A DNA stretch of 32,000 nucleotides. Origin: Candidatus Hermodarchaeota archaeon (GTDB taxonomy: Archaea; Asgardarchaeota; Heimdallarchaeia; Hodarchaeales; Hodarchaeaceae). The stretch covers positions 67,981 to 99,980 of the forward strand of contig JBHLKY010000012.1 of the NCBI GenBank assembly GCA_048886185.1, in the 5' to 3' direction. The position numbers were made by a program, and so were the translations under genes. Below are positions 8,531 through 18,699 of the stretch, one piece after another; the stretch's first letter is position 1; each line of letters starts with the position of its first letter. The notes under the pieces are model-generated. The model was not told the origin of the DNA. It saw only the letters and a program-made list of their open reading frames with translations, and did not search any database.

Positions 8531-9231
8531 CAGTTACCATCCTCTACAACTTGTCCATCACGAAGGCGGATAATCCGTTCACATTGTTCTCCAATCCATT
8601 CCGAATGAGTCACAAGGATAAGTGTTTGACGATTATCGGTATTTAATCGTTTTAACATTTCCATAAGATCTTCTGAGGTTATCGAATCTAAATCTCCTGT
8701 CGGTTCATCCCCTAGAATGATTACTGGTCTAGTAATTAATGCCCGAGCTATTGCAACTCGCTGTTGTTGTCCTCCTGAAAGTTCAGGGGGAGAATGATAG
8801 ATTCTATCCCCTAACCCAACCTCTCGTAAAACCATTGTAGCTTTTCGTGTTGCTTCAGGATAGCTAACACCTTGAGCTAATAATGGAACCATTACATTTT
8901 CCAATGCGTTCATATAATCAAACAGATTAAAGAGTTGGAATACGAATCCAATATAATCTCTACGAAATGAAGTCATTTTTTCATCAGAGAACGTAGTGAT
9001 ATCAGTGCCGTTTATTTTAACCTTACCAGAAGTTGGGGAATCAAGACCTCCACAAATATTCAGCATAGTTGTTTTTCCACAACCTGATGGCCCCATAACA
9101 GCTACCATCTCCCCGTGTTTGATTCTAAGGTTGATACCTCTTAATGCATGAACCTCATTAGGTGTGTTTTCTCCATATATTTTATGAAGATCTTTAAGTT
9201 CAACAATATTTCCAGTCATTTCTTCATTCAC
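8530..9231 (-). CDS. LolD/MacB-family ABC transporter ATP-binding protein
   Basis: [49 protein letters not shown] start abuts the permease stop. Confidence 0.95.
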   Translation of the reverse strand: MNEEMTGNIVELKDLHKIYGENTPNEVHALRGINLRIKHGEMVAVMGPSGCGKTTMLNICGGLDSPTSGKVKINGTDITTFSDEKMTSFRRDYIGFVFQLFNLFDYMNALENVMVPLLAQGVSYPEATRKATMVLREVGLGDRIYHSPPELSGGQQQRVAIARALITRPVIILGDEPTGDLDSITSEDLMEMLKRLNTDNRQTLILVTHSEWIGEQCERIIRLRDGQVVEDGN

Positions 9232-12200
9232 CTAACCATGATATCGAAGAGCCTCACTTGGTGGTATTCGTGCAGCAAGCCAACCTGGAACTAATGCTGC
9301 TACTATAACAGAACCTAAAATGAAAATACCATATGTTCCAACTTGAGTCCAAGGAATAATCAATTTCCAATTCACAAGATCTGTAAAAACCCAAGCAAGG
9401 TAATTCCCAGTCAAAAATCCAACGAAAAAACCTAAGATTCCCAAAAACAATAGTTCCAAAAGGACTGCTAATGAAATTGCTTTTCTAGAAAAACCTACTG
9501 ATCTCAACATACCAATTTCTCTTTTTCGTTCCTTAACAGAACGATGAGAAACAACAAGAAGGCCTATAACTCCAATAATAAGACCAGATGCGATTGATAT
9601 CTGTAGAAAATTCAAAGCATTTGCGTTTGTTGCATTTAGATGATAAAACACATCCCATAAATGATGTGCTGTGATACCATAGAAAGTCCCATCACTGTAG
9701 GCAAAGAGGGAATTTGATCCCTTCTTATTGGAAAATGTTTCAATTTGACTACTGATTTCTTCATTCTTGTCATAATCATAACCATTTGAGGTTTTCACTA
9801 GAAATTCTTTAGCTCCATAACCTAAAAGACTGAATTGTGAAGCAATTTCACTACTAACAATTATGCCAAGGGGAAATTCATTAATGCGAAGATTAAAGGA
9901 AGGAAAATAGGATAATGATCCTGCATATATCATTTCGATTAAACTACCGTTCAAAGTAGGAAAAGTTACAATATCACCGACTTCTAGGAAGTATAATCGT
10001 TCACCCAGAAACATAGGTAACCCAAATGGATCGTTTGAATCTACAGGCTCTTTTGAAGAACGATGAATCTTTTGACCTGCCAAGAATGCCTTCCAGAATA
10101 TTGTTGCTTCTTCGCGTGCTTGATCACGATCTTCCAATCTGTTGATCATTGACATGTGAGTATAATAAGGCAGAAGCTCATCAAACACAAATGAATAAAG
10201 CGGTTCTCCATCCCTTTTAAGGTAGGAGGAAAAATCAAGACCAACAAGTTTCGAGTAGAAAATGTCATTCTCTGGAGAAATTTCGTCACTCGGCCCCCTG
10301 AATGGTAATACTCCTCCAGTTAACAAAGGACTAATTTGTGTAATATCAATAAATTGATCTTGAAGAATTTCAGAGTAGTTAACAGAGGATAAATTGAAGG
10401 GTGTTTGAGACTCAATAACAAGAGAGACCCCAGACATGTAGTACTCCCACGTATGACTTGAGCCAGAAACCTGTGAAACAGCGTAAGAGCCTATAAAGAA
10501 GTTCAAGGAAAGAATAACAGCGAAAGTAGCGAAAGTAAGAATAGCTCGTGATTTTCTTGAATTGATATAGCGAGTAGCAACCAGTCCTGTCGCTCTGGTC
10601 CTATTATACAACGAAAAACATTTTCTCAATCCAGTGGTTAGTGTCTCCAAATTCGCGCCTACTATTATAGTTGCACCTATAACCGCAGATAATAGACCAT
10701 TTAAAGCAATACTATTTGCGTTTCCTCCCTCGTTAGCCCAACCTACAGCAACCTGAAAACCCCAAACAGTAAGCATTATTAGTAAAAAACCACCAATAGA
10801 TAAACTGAGTCGTCGATAACGTATCAATCTGAAACTAAGGAAAATAAGTCCTAAACCAACGTAGAATAAAGCTTGGAAATTTGCAGCCGCTTCCTCATCT
10901 ATATTATGGAATCCTTCTGGAGCGTAGAATGGCTTTCCTTGCTGAATGAGATCAACAAGAGTCATAGAACCTAAAATTATTATTAGTCCACCAATTATGA
11001 GCGGCCATATGGGCTTTTTGCTATTTATGGAAGAAATGACATTTTTTGATTTAGTTCCGCGTACGATTTCAATTATTGAGATCCCCCGAGCTCGTAATGC
11101 AGGGATCATACCTGTGAAAAAAGAGAGACCAATAGCACATGTTAGAGATAATACTAATGTCCCTGGGACAACGACTACGTCAAAAATCGACTGTGTCATT
11201 TCAGGATTACCCATTGCTGATAGCATATCTCTACTTAAATCATTTAACCAAATACTGATACCTATTCCTAAAAGTAAACCAAAGATTCCACCTAATACTC
11301 CTGTGAGAAAGGTTTCAATTGAATAAGAAAGAAAAATGTCTCGTTTCTTTGCACCAATTGCTCTCAACATTCCAATTTGTTCTTCACGTTCCTCCATGTT
11401 CATTAGTTGAATATTTGTAATGAGTAATAAACCCGCAATAACTATAACAACACCAAACATCTGAAAAGTGCTTGCTAAGCTTGAAACTCCCTCCTCAAGT
11501 CCTTCTCGATTGTTCTCTCTTATTGTAACAACACTTAGCATTAAATCTTGAAAGTTTTGATCCAAAACTGTTTCAATCTGATCCCTGGCTGCATCACTTC
11601 GTTCTCGTCCTAAAAAAGGCTTATTTTTATGGTCTTCGATTCCAATTGTTACTTGAGTAATTGGTCGATCAATACTACTTGGAATAAGTGATTGAACTGC
11701 TTGTTCGCTCATCAATATTCGTCGAAAGTCGTTAGGATTACCTGTTCTTCCATATTCGTTATAGCTATAGATATTTTTAACCGTTATATTATGAAAAAAC
11801 GGATTTCCATTATCATCACGCAAACTTATTGTTACCTGAGCGCCAATTCCAGCATCTAATGAGTCAGCCAATTCTGGAGAAATTATCATCTCATTTTCTT
11901 TTAATGATGTAACCTCTAGTTTCTCTCCAGTTGAATTTGAATATATTTGTCCCCAAAAATTTCCATCGAAAGATGTCCCAAGTGTTTCGATCCTCACCCC
12001 TTGTTCAAATTGGCCCTTATCAGGATAATAAACAGTCGTTGAATATGCAATCTGTGGAAATATACCTTCAAAATGTGAGCTGAGTCCTTGAATTAATGTG
12101 TCTGAGACATTTTGAGGAAAATATATCTGATTTACCGAAAAAATAATGATATCAGTATTTCCAAATCCTTCAACTAATATTTCTTTGTAGTTTCTTTCAA

Positions 12201-12327
12201 CGGTGTCACTAAGGATTTGTGTTTGGACAACTAATGAAATTCCAAGTGCAATAACAAATGCTGTAAGGCAAAAATTTCGTTTCCGTCGACTAATACCTCT
12301 TAATGTATATCTAAAGGCATAATTCAC
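9232..12327 (-). CDS. ABC3 (MacB/FtsX-like) permease with two fused halves
   Basis: Two FtsX-type motifs (EREEQIGMLRAIGAKKRDI; ERKREIGMLRSVGFSRKAI), two large extracytoplasmic domains and multiple TM helices. Confidence 0.92.
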   Translation of the reverse strand: MNYAFRYTLRGISRRKRNFCLTAFVIALGISLVVQTQILSDTVERNYKEILVEGFGNTDIIIFSVNQIYFPQNVSDTLIQGLSSHFEGIFPQIAYSTTVYYPDKGQFEQGVRIETLGTSFDGNFWGQIYSNSTGEKLEVTSLKENEMIISPELADSLDAGIGAQVTISLRDDNGNPFFHNITVKNIYSYNEYGRTGNPNDFRRILMSEQAVQSLIPSSIDRPITQVTIGIEDHKNKPFLGRERSDAARDQIETVLDQNFQDLMLSVVTIRENNREGLEEGVSSLASTFQMFGVVIVIAGLLLITNIQLMNMEEREEQIGMLRAIGAKKRDIFLSYSIETFLTGVLGGIFGLLLGIGISIWLNDLSRDMLSAMGNPEMTQSIFDVVVVPGTLVLSLTCAIGLSFFTGMIPALRARGISIIEIVRGTKSKNVISSINSKKPIWPLIIGGLIIILGSMTLVDLIQQGKPFYAPEGFHNIDEEAAANFQALFYVGLGLIFLSFRLIRYRRLSLSIGGFLLIMLTVWGFQVAVGWANEGGNANSIALNGLLSAVIGATIIVGANLETLTTGLRKCFSLYNRTRATGLVATRYINSRKSRAILTFATFAVILSLNFFIGSYAVSQVSGSSHTWEYYMSGVSLVIESQTPFNLSSVNYSEILQDQFIDITQISPLLTGGVLPFRGPSDEISPENDIFYSKLVGLDFSSYLKRDGEPLYSFVFDELLPYYTHMSMINRLEDRDQAREEATIFWKAFLAGQKIHRSSKEPVDSNDPFGLPMFLGERLYFLEVGDIVTFPTLNGSLIEMIYAGSLSYFPSFNLRINEFPLGIIVSSEIASQFSLLGYGAKEFLVKTSNGYDYDKNEEISSQIETFSNKKGSNSLFAYSDGTFYGITAHHLWDVFYHLNATNANALNFLQISIASGLIIGVIGLLVVSHRSVKERKREIGMLRSVGFSRKAISLAVLLELLFLGILGFFVGFLTGNYLAWVFTDLVNWKLIIPWTQVGTYGIFILGSVIVAALVPGWLAARIPPSEALRYHG

Positions 12328-12791
12328 AATCTATCCTTCCATACATAAATTATCTCGAAATTCATTTTGCAATTGATAATAATGAATGAATTAAGACTCT
12401 CTTCTAGAATCTTATAACATTCCATTAACAATATCCGTCATTCCCAAGCACTAGTATAATTACTCTAAGATATCGGCGATAAATTCCTTAGCAAACTTAA
12501 ATAATTTATATCTACTCTTATGTACAATATCTTATAATCAGAATTATTCAGGTAGTCAATGTGAAAAAAGTTTAAACAAGCAAGTAAGATGTTTAAATAA
12601 GAATACAGCTATAAAATGGAAGAATAATGACATAAACCAATCTACAATAATTATTATTAAAAATAATTAAAAAAAAGGGGAGAAAAAACCGAAATAACAA
12701 AATGTTCACAAATAGAAACTATTAAGTAGGATTGGAAGTACTAATTTCTATGATAATGTGTAATAAGATAAAAAGCGTACAGGTAAAAAAA

Positions 12792-13703
12792 ATGAAATCA
12801 ACGGTTGAATTTGTGAATTTAACAAAATTTTACGGAAATAATCGTGGTATAGAAGATTTAAATATTCAAATTAATCCAGGGATCATTTTTGGTTTTTTAG
12901 GGCCGAATGGATCAGGCAAAACTACAACAATACGCTGCTTACTCGGAATTTTGAAACCTACAAAAGGTTACGTAAAAGTATTTGACCGTGACATCACTAA
13001 TTGGAGTTCTGAATTATCACTCAAGGAAAATATTGGCTATCTGCCAGGTGAATATGATTTATACAAACATTTCACAGTTAAAGGTATTTTAGATTATTTT
13101 GCTTCATTAAGAAAGAGACCAGCCTCACTCAGGGTAGAATTGGTTGATACTTTTGAATTAGATGAGTCAAGGAAGATTAATGAGCTAAGTAAAGGAAACA
13201 AACAGAAAGTTGGGTTAATTCAAGCCCTTATGCATGATCCTGATCTCCTTATCCTTGATGAACCTTCGGTAGGATTAGATCCATTAATACAGCAACGCCT
13301 TTATCAAGTATTAAAGGATTTTAGAGATCGAGGAAAGACTATTTTCTTTTCATCACATAATTTAACAGAGGTCCAAAAGATCTGTGATGAAGTTGCCATT
13401 ATCAGGGAAGGCTTTCTCATAAGTCACGATCATATTAATCAATTAAGTCAACGGGTCCGACAAAAGGTAATACTCACCATAAGAGAACCAATTGATTCCT
13501 TGCTGACTCAAAATCCACTTATAAGCCATTATGAAAAATTTCAAACCAATGAAAATGGTTATCGATATTCTATTTACCTTAAATCAGCACGATATAATTT
13601 CTCTGACCTCTTTCAATCCCTACAACACCAGTTCATAAAAAATGTAGTAATTCCAGAACCAAGCTTAGAGGATTATTTTTTGCAATACTATGATGAGAGG
13701 TGA
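12792..13703 (+). CDS. ABC-2 type (drug/peptide exporter) ATP-binding protein
   Basis: GPNGSGKTT, LSKGNKQKVGLIQAL, LLILDEPSVGLDP, FSSH. I prefer the ATG at 12792 (MKSTVEF, preceded by AGGT) over the track's 12732. Confidence 0.93.
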   Translation: MKSTVEFVNLTKFYGNNRGIEDLNIQINPGIIFGFLGPNGSGKTTTIRCLLGILKPTKGYVKVFDRDITNWSSELSLKENIGYLPGEYDLYKHFTVKGILDYFASLRKRPASLRVELVDTFELDESRKINELSKGNKQKVGLIQALMHDPDLLILDEPSVGLDPLIQQRLYQVLKDFRDRGKTIFFSSHNLTEVQKICDEVAIIREGFLISHDHINQLSQRVRQKVILTIREPIDSLLTQNPLISHYEKFQTNENGYRYSIYLKSARYNFSDLFQSLQHQFIKNVVIPEPSLEDYFLQYYDER

Positions 13704-15438
13704 CACCTTTTTGTCAATGTGGTTACATAGTATCAAGCTGATTCTCAGAAAACACTGGTTAATATACACGATTTTGTTTGTAATAGGATTTCTTGGAGCA
13801 TTAATTACATATATCACCTTTCCAGGAGAGGAAGGGATTCAAGCTTTGTTGGGGATGGCGGATACACCCTTTGGAACGATATGGGGGGAGTTTATTAGAA
13901 ATTTAGATTCAGAGAATTCTGCATTTTTTCTTTATTTTATTTATTTATACTTTATAGCATATATGGCAAACATTTATCCCATCATAGGGGTATGGTTGGG
14001 AGGAGCTGGAACACCAAATGAAGTTAAATCTGGAATGGCTGATATTTTCATTGCTAGTCCTCACAAAAAAGGAGTATTAATAGGTCGTCACCTAATTACT
14101 CACTTGATTCTCCTCACACTCTTTACTTCTTTGATTTATGCCCTAATTCCCCTTAGCTACAACTTTTTAGGTGCAAGTATCAATTATGACAGAGTTTTTT
14201 TAGCTTTCATCTTACTCTGGATTTCTGGGGTAGTCTTTTTTTCTATTGCGTTTTTTATTACCTCAGTTACACTAAATGGTGATATTGGTCGTGGAATCGC
14301 TGGTATAATCTTTCTTTTGTCTTTTCTTATGAAAAGTATAGTTAATATGAATTCAACATATGAAGATCTCCAATATTTAAACATACTCCATTATACGAAC
14401 CCTAATCCAATTCTTATAATGGGAGAAATACTTAAAATCAATAATTTTATACCTCTTCTTTTATCAGGACTTTTATTTATATGTGGAACGATAGTTTTCA
14501 TATCAAGAGATCCTTTGCCTTTACAGCTTAATCGAAACCGAAATATAAATGAGGATATCGAAAAAGAGGGATCCGAACACAAATTTTTGAAAAAAATCAA
14601 AATAGAAGATTACATCCAACACGGATTTCAAAAATTCTCTTCAATATCAGCGGAACAATGGGTGGCAGATCGAACAATTTTTCTCATCTTTGCTATTCTA
14701 TGTTTTTTTGGGGGTCTTTCGATAATTGCAGGTTTTCCAACGGGGGAGGGAGGATTTGCTGAGATGTCACAAATATATCGAAATAATCCACTAGTTAAAG
14801 CTATTGTTCGAGATTCGATGGAACTAATAATAAATGATCCTCTGGGCCCAATTTATCCACAATTTTACGGATATACTTGGTTATACTTTTTTCCATTTGT
14901 GATTATTCAAGCTGGAAGAGTTTTGAGTAGAGACAAGAATAGTGAAACAATTGATTTGATTCTTGGAACCCCAATTACACCTAAACGTCTGATTATAGCT
15001 CGTGTATTTACAATTATGATTGAATTGACTATTTTGACAACAATGACGCTTTTAATTATCATAATTGGCGAGTTCTACCTTGGTATTAATTCAAAATTAA
15101 TAGAACAATTACTTGCTTTTATCATCATCCCATTCACTTATGGAACCATTCTATGTTTTTTTATCGCAGTTGCTCTACTTATGCCCTCACCAAATAATCG
15201 AAAAAGAATGGTTTATGCATTGGGCGCTTTTACAGTTATTTGTGTTACAATCCCATATTTCAGTGAACCTCTTCTGCCACTGAGATTCCTTTCACTTCTC
15301 TATTACATGGATCTAATTGGATTGATTGTTCAGGGGTATCAATTTGAACATGTGATTTTACTTCTAGTTCTTCTTGTAGTTTTAATGTGTTCATTAACAG
15401 TGATCAACCGAATAAGTGATAGGACCAGTTATGTGTAG
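13690..15438 (+). CDS. ABC-2 type permease with two fused halves (about 12 TM)
   Basis: Highly hydrophobic; two related halves (EVKSGMADIFIASP / DKNSETIDLILGTP); overlaps the ATPase stop. Confidence 0.85.
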   Translation: MMRGDTFLSMWLHSIKLILRKHWLIYTILFVIGFLGALITYITFPGEEGIQALLGMADTPFGTIWGEFIRNLDSENSAFFLYFIYLYFIAYMANIYPIIGVWLGGAGTPNEVKSGMADIFIASPHKKGVLIGRHLITHLILLTLFTSLIYALIPLSYNFLGASINYDRVFLAFILLWISGVVFFSIAFFITSVTLNGDIGRGIAGIIFLLSFLMKSIVNMNSTYEDLQYLNILHYTNPNPILIMGEILKINNFIPLLLSGLLFICGTIVFISRDPLPLQLNRNRNINEDIEKEGSEHKFLKKIKIEDYIQHGFQKFSSISAEQWVADRTIFLIFAILCFFGGLSIIAGFPTGEGGFAEMSQIYRNNPLVKAIVRDSMELIINDPLGPIYPQFYGYTWLYFFPFVIIQAGRVLSRDKNSETIDLILGTPITPKRLIIARVFTIMIELTILTTMTLLIIIIGEFYLGINSKLIEQLLAFIIIPFTYGTILCFFIAVALLMPSPNNRKRMVYALGAFTVICVTIPYFSEPLLPLRFLSLLYYMDLIGLIVQGYQFEHVILLLVLLVVLMCSLTVINRISDRTSYV

Positions 15439-15511
15439 TTTGCCATTATAGATTCCTTTTAAAACTAAATTCAAGTACGACATTCTCTAATTAATCATCT
15501 TAATCTGAGGA

Positions 15512-16828
15512 TTGAAGGTGACAGAGTACATAACTTCCAAGGAAGAACCCGAAACTAACCTTCGTGGTTACTTGATTTTCCTGATTGGCCAGTGGGTCTC
15601 GCAGTTCGGATCGAACGTTGTTGGATTCAGCATTATTTGGTTCTTAACTGTCACTACAGGAAGTACGTTCATTCTTGGTTTATCAACTTTTTTGAATTTC
15701 GCTCCTTTTCTGATAGCAACACCAATAGCTGGTGTTTTTATCGACCGTTGGAGTCGAAAAAAGGTTATCGCTTTTGTAGACTTTATGCAAGCATTTTTCA
15801 CATTGGTTCTTATTGGCTTCTTTGTAATGGATATATTTAGTGATTTAGAACTAGTAGCTATTCTTTTAGCTCTAAATACAGTTCGAGCACTATTCGGAGC
15901 CTTTCATACATCTGCTGTGGATACGCTGCTCCCAATAATGGTTCCCAAAAAGTATTATAGCAGAATGTTTAGTGTAAATAATTTTGTGAATGGTATTCTT
16001 GGTGGAATTGCTGGACCACTCATAGGAGCCATTCTATTAGAACTATTTTCACTGAAGACTATATTATGGATAGATGTTATAACGTTTCTATTTGCTATTG
16101 TTCCTACTGTATTAGTCCATTTTCCCCAAGTACTTAAGAAAGATATAGAGAGAAAAGAGAAAAATCCATTTAGAGTTGAATTTACTGAAGGATTGCAGTT
16201 TATCATTGGAAAACCTGGATTATTTGCTCTTCTTTTCGTCTTTGCTGGTGCCAACTTCTTTATGCCTCCCTTCTACATTCAACTCCCACTTTTTGTAACA
16301 TCAATTCACCTTGGTGGAGCCTCTCACCTTGCTTTTCTTTTCGCGATTCAACAAGCGGGTACACTCTTAGGTTCACTCGTCATGACAATTTGGAAAGGAT
16401 TTGAGAATCATGCCAGGGGAGTTGCATTAAGTATGTTCATAGCATATGTTGGCTTTATCATTATGTTATCAGCACCAATTGGTTATTTTGAGATTATTGG
16501 TCTTGGTTTATTCATTGCTGGATTTACTCTACCAACTGTCAATGCCTCTAGTGAGGCAATTTGGGCGAGTACTGTACCAAGAGAACTATTAGGTCGTGTT
16601 TATGCGGTCCGTCGAACACTAGCTCAGATCACCGCACCTGTTACAATGTTGTTGTCGGGGATAGTAGCTGAATTTATTGGCCTATACACAGTATTAACAT
16701 TATCTGCTTTATGCGGTCTCTTAATTCTCGGATATTCCTGGTTCCTCACTCCTCTACCTGAGGTGGAACAAAGTATACAAGAGCCCAAGGAAGAAATTAT
16801 TGAAGAAGCACAACCCACTCTAAACTAA
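15512..16828 (+). CDS. MFS transporter (DHA3/macrolide-efflux-like)
   Basis: About 12 TM; motif-A-like GVFIDRWSRKKVI; ELLGRVYAVRRT in the C-half. TTG start (GTG at 15518 is an alternative). Confidence 0.92.
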   Translation: MKVTEYITSKEEPETNLRGYLIFLIGQWVSQFGSNVVGFSIIWFLTVTTGSTFILGLSTFLNFAPFLIATPIAGVFIDRWSRKKVIAFVDFMQAFFTLVLIGFFVMDIFSDLELVAILLALNTVRALFGAFHTSAVDTLLPIMVPKKYYSRMFSVNNFVNGILGGIAGPLIGAILLELFSLKTILWIDVITFLFAIVPTVLVHFPQVLKKDIERKEKNPFRVEFTEGLQFIIGKPGLFALLFVFAGANFFMPPFYIQLPLFVTSIHLGGASHLAFLFAIQQAGTLLGSLVMTIWKGFENHARGVALSMFIAYVGFIIMLSAPIGYFEIIGLGLFIAGFTLPTVNASSEAIWASTVPRELLGRVYAVRRTLAQITAPVTMLLSGIVAEFIGLYTVLTLSALCGLLILGYSWFLTPLPEVEQSIQEPKEEIIEEAQPTLN

Positions 16829-16852
16829 ATTCGCATCTTTTTCAAAATCAAG

Positions 16853-18361
16853 CTAATTTAACCCAAAGAAACCTTTTAAAGCAGGGTTCATTTCAGTAAC
16901 TCTCTCCTTACTTATCAATTCAATGTATTGCCTCATAATACTGACTGAAAGTAGGATACCCATACCAGATCCTATTGCTCCGAGGAAATCTGCAAATGCC
17001 GCTAAGGAACCTATGAATAATCCACTTATTATTGCTATTGTTGGAATATACATTTCTAGTCGTCGTTTGATGATTTTCTTATTTCGTCGCCATCCTGTGA
17101 TTTGTACTCCTGATTGTAAGAACTGTTCTGCCACGTCACGAGGACCAATTCCTGCTGTTTCCAACCACATGAATGAAAAAATGACTGAGAGAGTAATTAG
17201 GATCAAAGCATAAATTATTGCACGAATTATTGATCCTAGGGTATCAATGGGATTAATTACTCCAAAGTCACCGATAAATGATCGAGGAGGGGTTAAAAAA
17301 TAGACAAGCCCTGAAATTGGAACATATTGTTTAGTCGTTTCATCAAGAGTAAATCTTCCCAATAATAGGGCTAGGGGATTAGCTGTATCCTCTCTACCAG
17401 TAGCATTCCAAACCATCTGAGCAATGAAGTAAATATCAGCAAATACTGCAGAAGAGAGGATAACAGGGATATTCGAGACATAAAGTAATTTTATTGGATA
17501 GGTTGAATGAATCCCTTTGTATTCTGCATAGGAAATTGGAATTTTTAAATGCATGGATTCAAAAAAAATGACAATTATGAATACAAGGATGGTAGCTAAC
17601 ACTGAAAGAAGAGAATGGGTTGGTAAATTCACACTTTCAGCTGGACTGTATCTGAAAAATAGACCCTTAATCGCTTCAATGGGACCTCGTTGAGTTGTCC
17701 AAGCAATTAGTGCAAGAATAATACCTCTCATTGAATCAACAGGGGAATTAATTGGGCCTTCAGCAAATCTTTGTATTGAGAATAATCCTTGAAAAATCTG
17801 TAATCCAACACCACCAGCAATAAATAGAGAGATCCCTGATCCTAAACCCCAACCTTTCTGAATCATTTCATCAAGAAGAATAATGATAATGCCTGCTACT
17901 AATAATTGAGTAATTATTGCTAATTGATCCTCAATACGAAGATTTGTTCCATAACTCCCTCCAAACATGAATGCTATTACCTCAATGAATGTTAATATTA
18001 CAGACATGACCTTCTGCGAACCAGTATAGAGAGATCTCTCTTCTGGATCCCCCATATTCACAGAAATGATTTTAGATCCAACTAAGATTTGCATAATGAG
18101 TCCTGCTGTTACTATCGGTCCAATTCCTAACTCAGCTAGTGACCCTTGGGTTGAAGCAGTAATTGTACGCATAAGAGCAAGAGGGTCACCTTCCTCTAAA
18201 TCAGCCCCAATGATTGGAGTCGATGCCATTACAAAATAAATGACCAAAGCAATAAATGTCCAAAATACTTTTTCATTGAAATGAATCTTACGAGTTGGTT
18301 TGACAACTTCCGGTGTTATTGACATGAGTGGTCGTATGGCTTGAAGAAATTTAGATGTCAT
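16853..18361 (-). CDS. secY: Protein translocase SecY / Sec61alpha
   Basis: KPTRKIHFNEKVFWT, GSLAELGIGPIVTAGLIMQIL, GWGLGSGISLFIAGG, YPIKLLYVSNIPVIL, FADFLGAIGSGMGILLSV. ATG at 18361 preferred over GTG at 18391. Confidence 0.97.
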   Translation of the reverse strand: MTSKFLQAIRPLMSITPEVVKPTRKIHFNEKVFWTFIALVIYFVMASTPIIGADLEEGDPLALMRTITASTQGSLAELGIGPIVTAGLIMQILVGSKIISVNMGDPEERSLYTGSQKVMSVILTFIEVIAFMFGGSYGTNLRIEDQLAIITQLLVAGIIIILLDEMIQKGWGLGSGISLFIAGGVGLQIFQGLFSIQRFAEGPINSPVDSMRGIILALIAWTTQRGPIEAIKGLFFRYSPAESVNLPTHSLLSVLATILVFIIVIFFESMHLKIPISYAEYKGIHSTYPIKLLYVSNIPVILSSAVFADIYFIAQMVWNATGREDTANPLALLLGRFTLDETTKQYVPISGLVYFLTPPRSFIGDFGVINPIDTLGSIIRAIIYALILITLSVIFSFMWLETAGIGPRDVAEQFLQSGVQITGWRRNKKIIKRRLEMYIPTIAIISGLFIGSLAAFADFLGAIGSGMGILLSVSIMRQYIELISKERVTEMNPALKGFFGLN

Positions 18362-18601
18362 GAGGAAAACCCCAGATGTGAATGTTGACACCAGAGTATG
18401 GTATAGGTATTCAAAGTCATTTTTTTGTGAATAAGTGCATCAATAACTGTTATAGCGCACTTTAACTCTTAATAGAAACATTGATGTTCTTACATGAAGG
18501 TTGACTCTAGTAATATATCTACCGATGCCCAAATTTTAATATACAGATTAATTATGAATAATTACTAATCATTCCCTCTTCATCTATTATTTTATAACTT
18601 T

Positions 18602-18659
18602 GTGGTACAATTTTCTTACTTCTTTTTGATATGGAAGGTAGTAGTACAATTTTCTAACT
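18602..18659. promoter_or_regulatory. Pair of 19-bp direct repeats (candidate operators)
   Basis: GTGGTACAATTTTCTTACT (18602-18620) and GTAGTACAATTTTCTAACT (18641-18659), 17/19 identical, between the divergent secY and wHTH genes. Confidence 0.5.
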
Positions 18660-18661
18660 AA

Positions 18662-18676
18662 CAGAAAGTATAAAAA
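18662..18676 (+). promoter_or_regulatory. Archaeal BRE-TATA promoter of the wHTH gene
   Basis: CAGAAAG followed by TATAAAAA (18669-18676), centred about 27 nt upstream of the ATG at 18700, consistent with a leaderless transcript. Confidence 0.6.
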
Positions 18677-18699
18677 GCAGTAATCACTAGTCAGAAATT

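Noticed and set aside
12732-12791. Track's longer N-termini (12732, 18391, 26689, 28581)
   Set aside because: Downstream ATGs fit RBS/promoter spacing or family length better, and the extensions carry no conserved-looking sequence.
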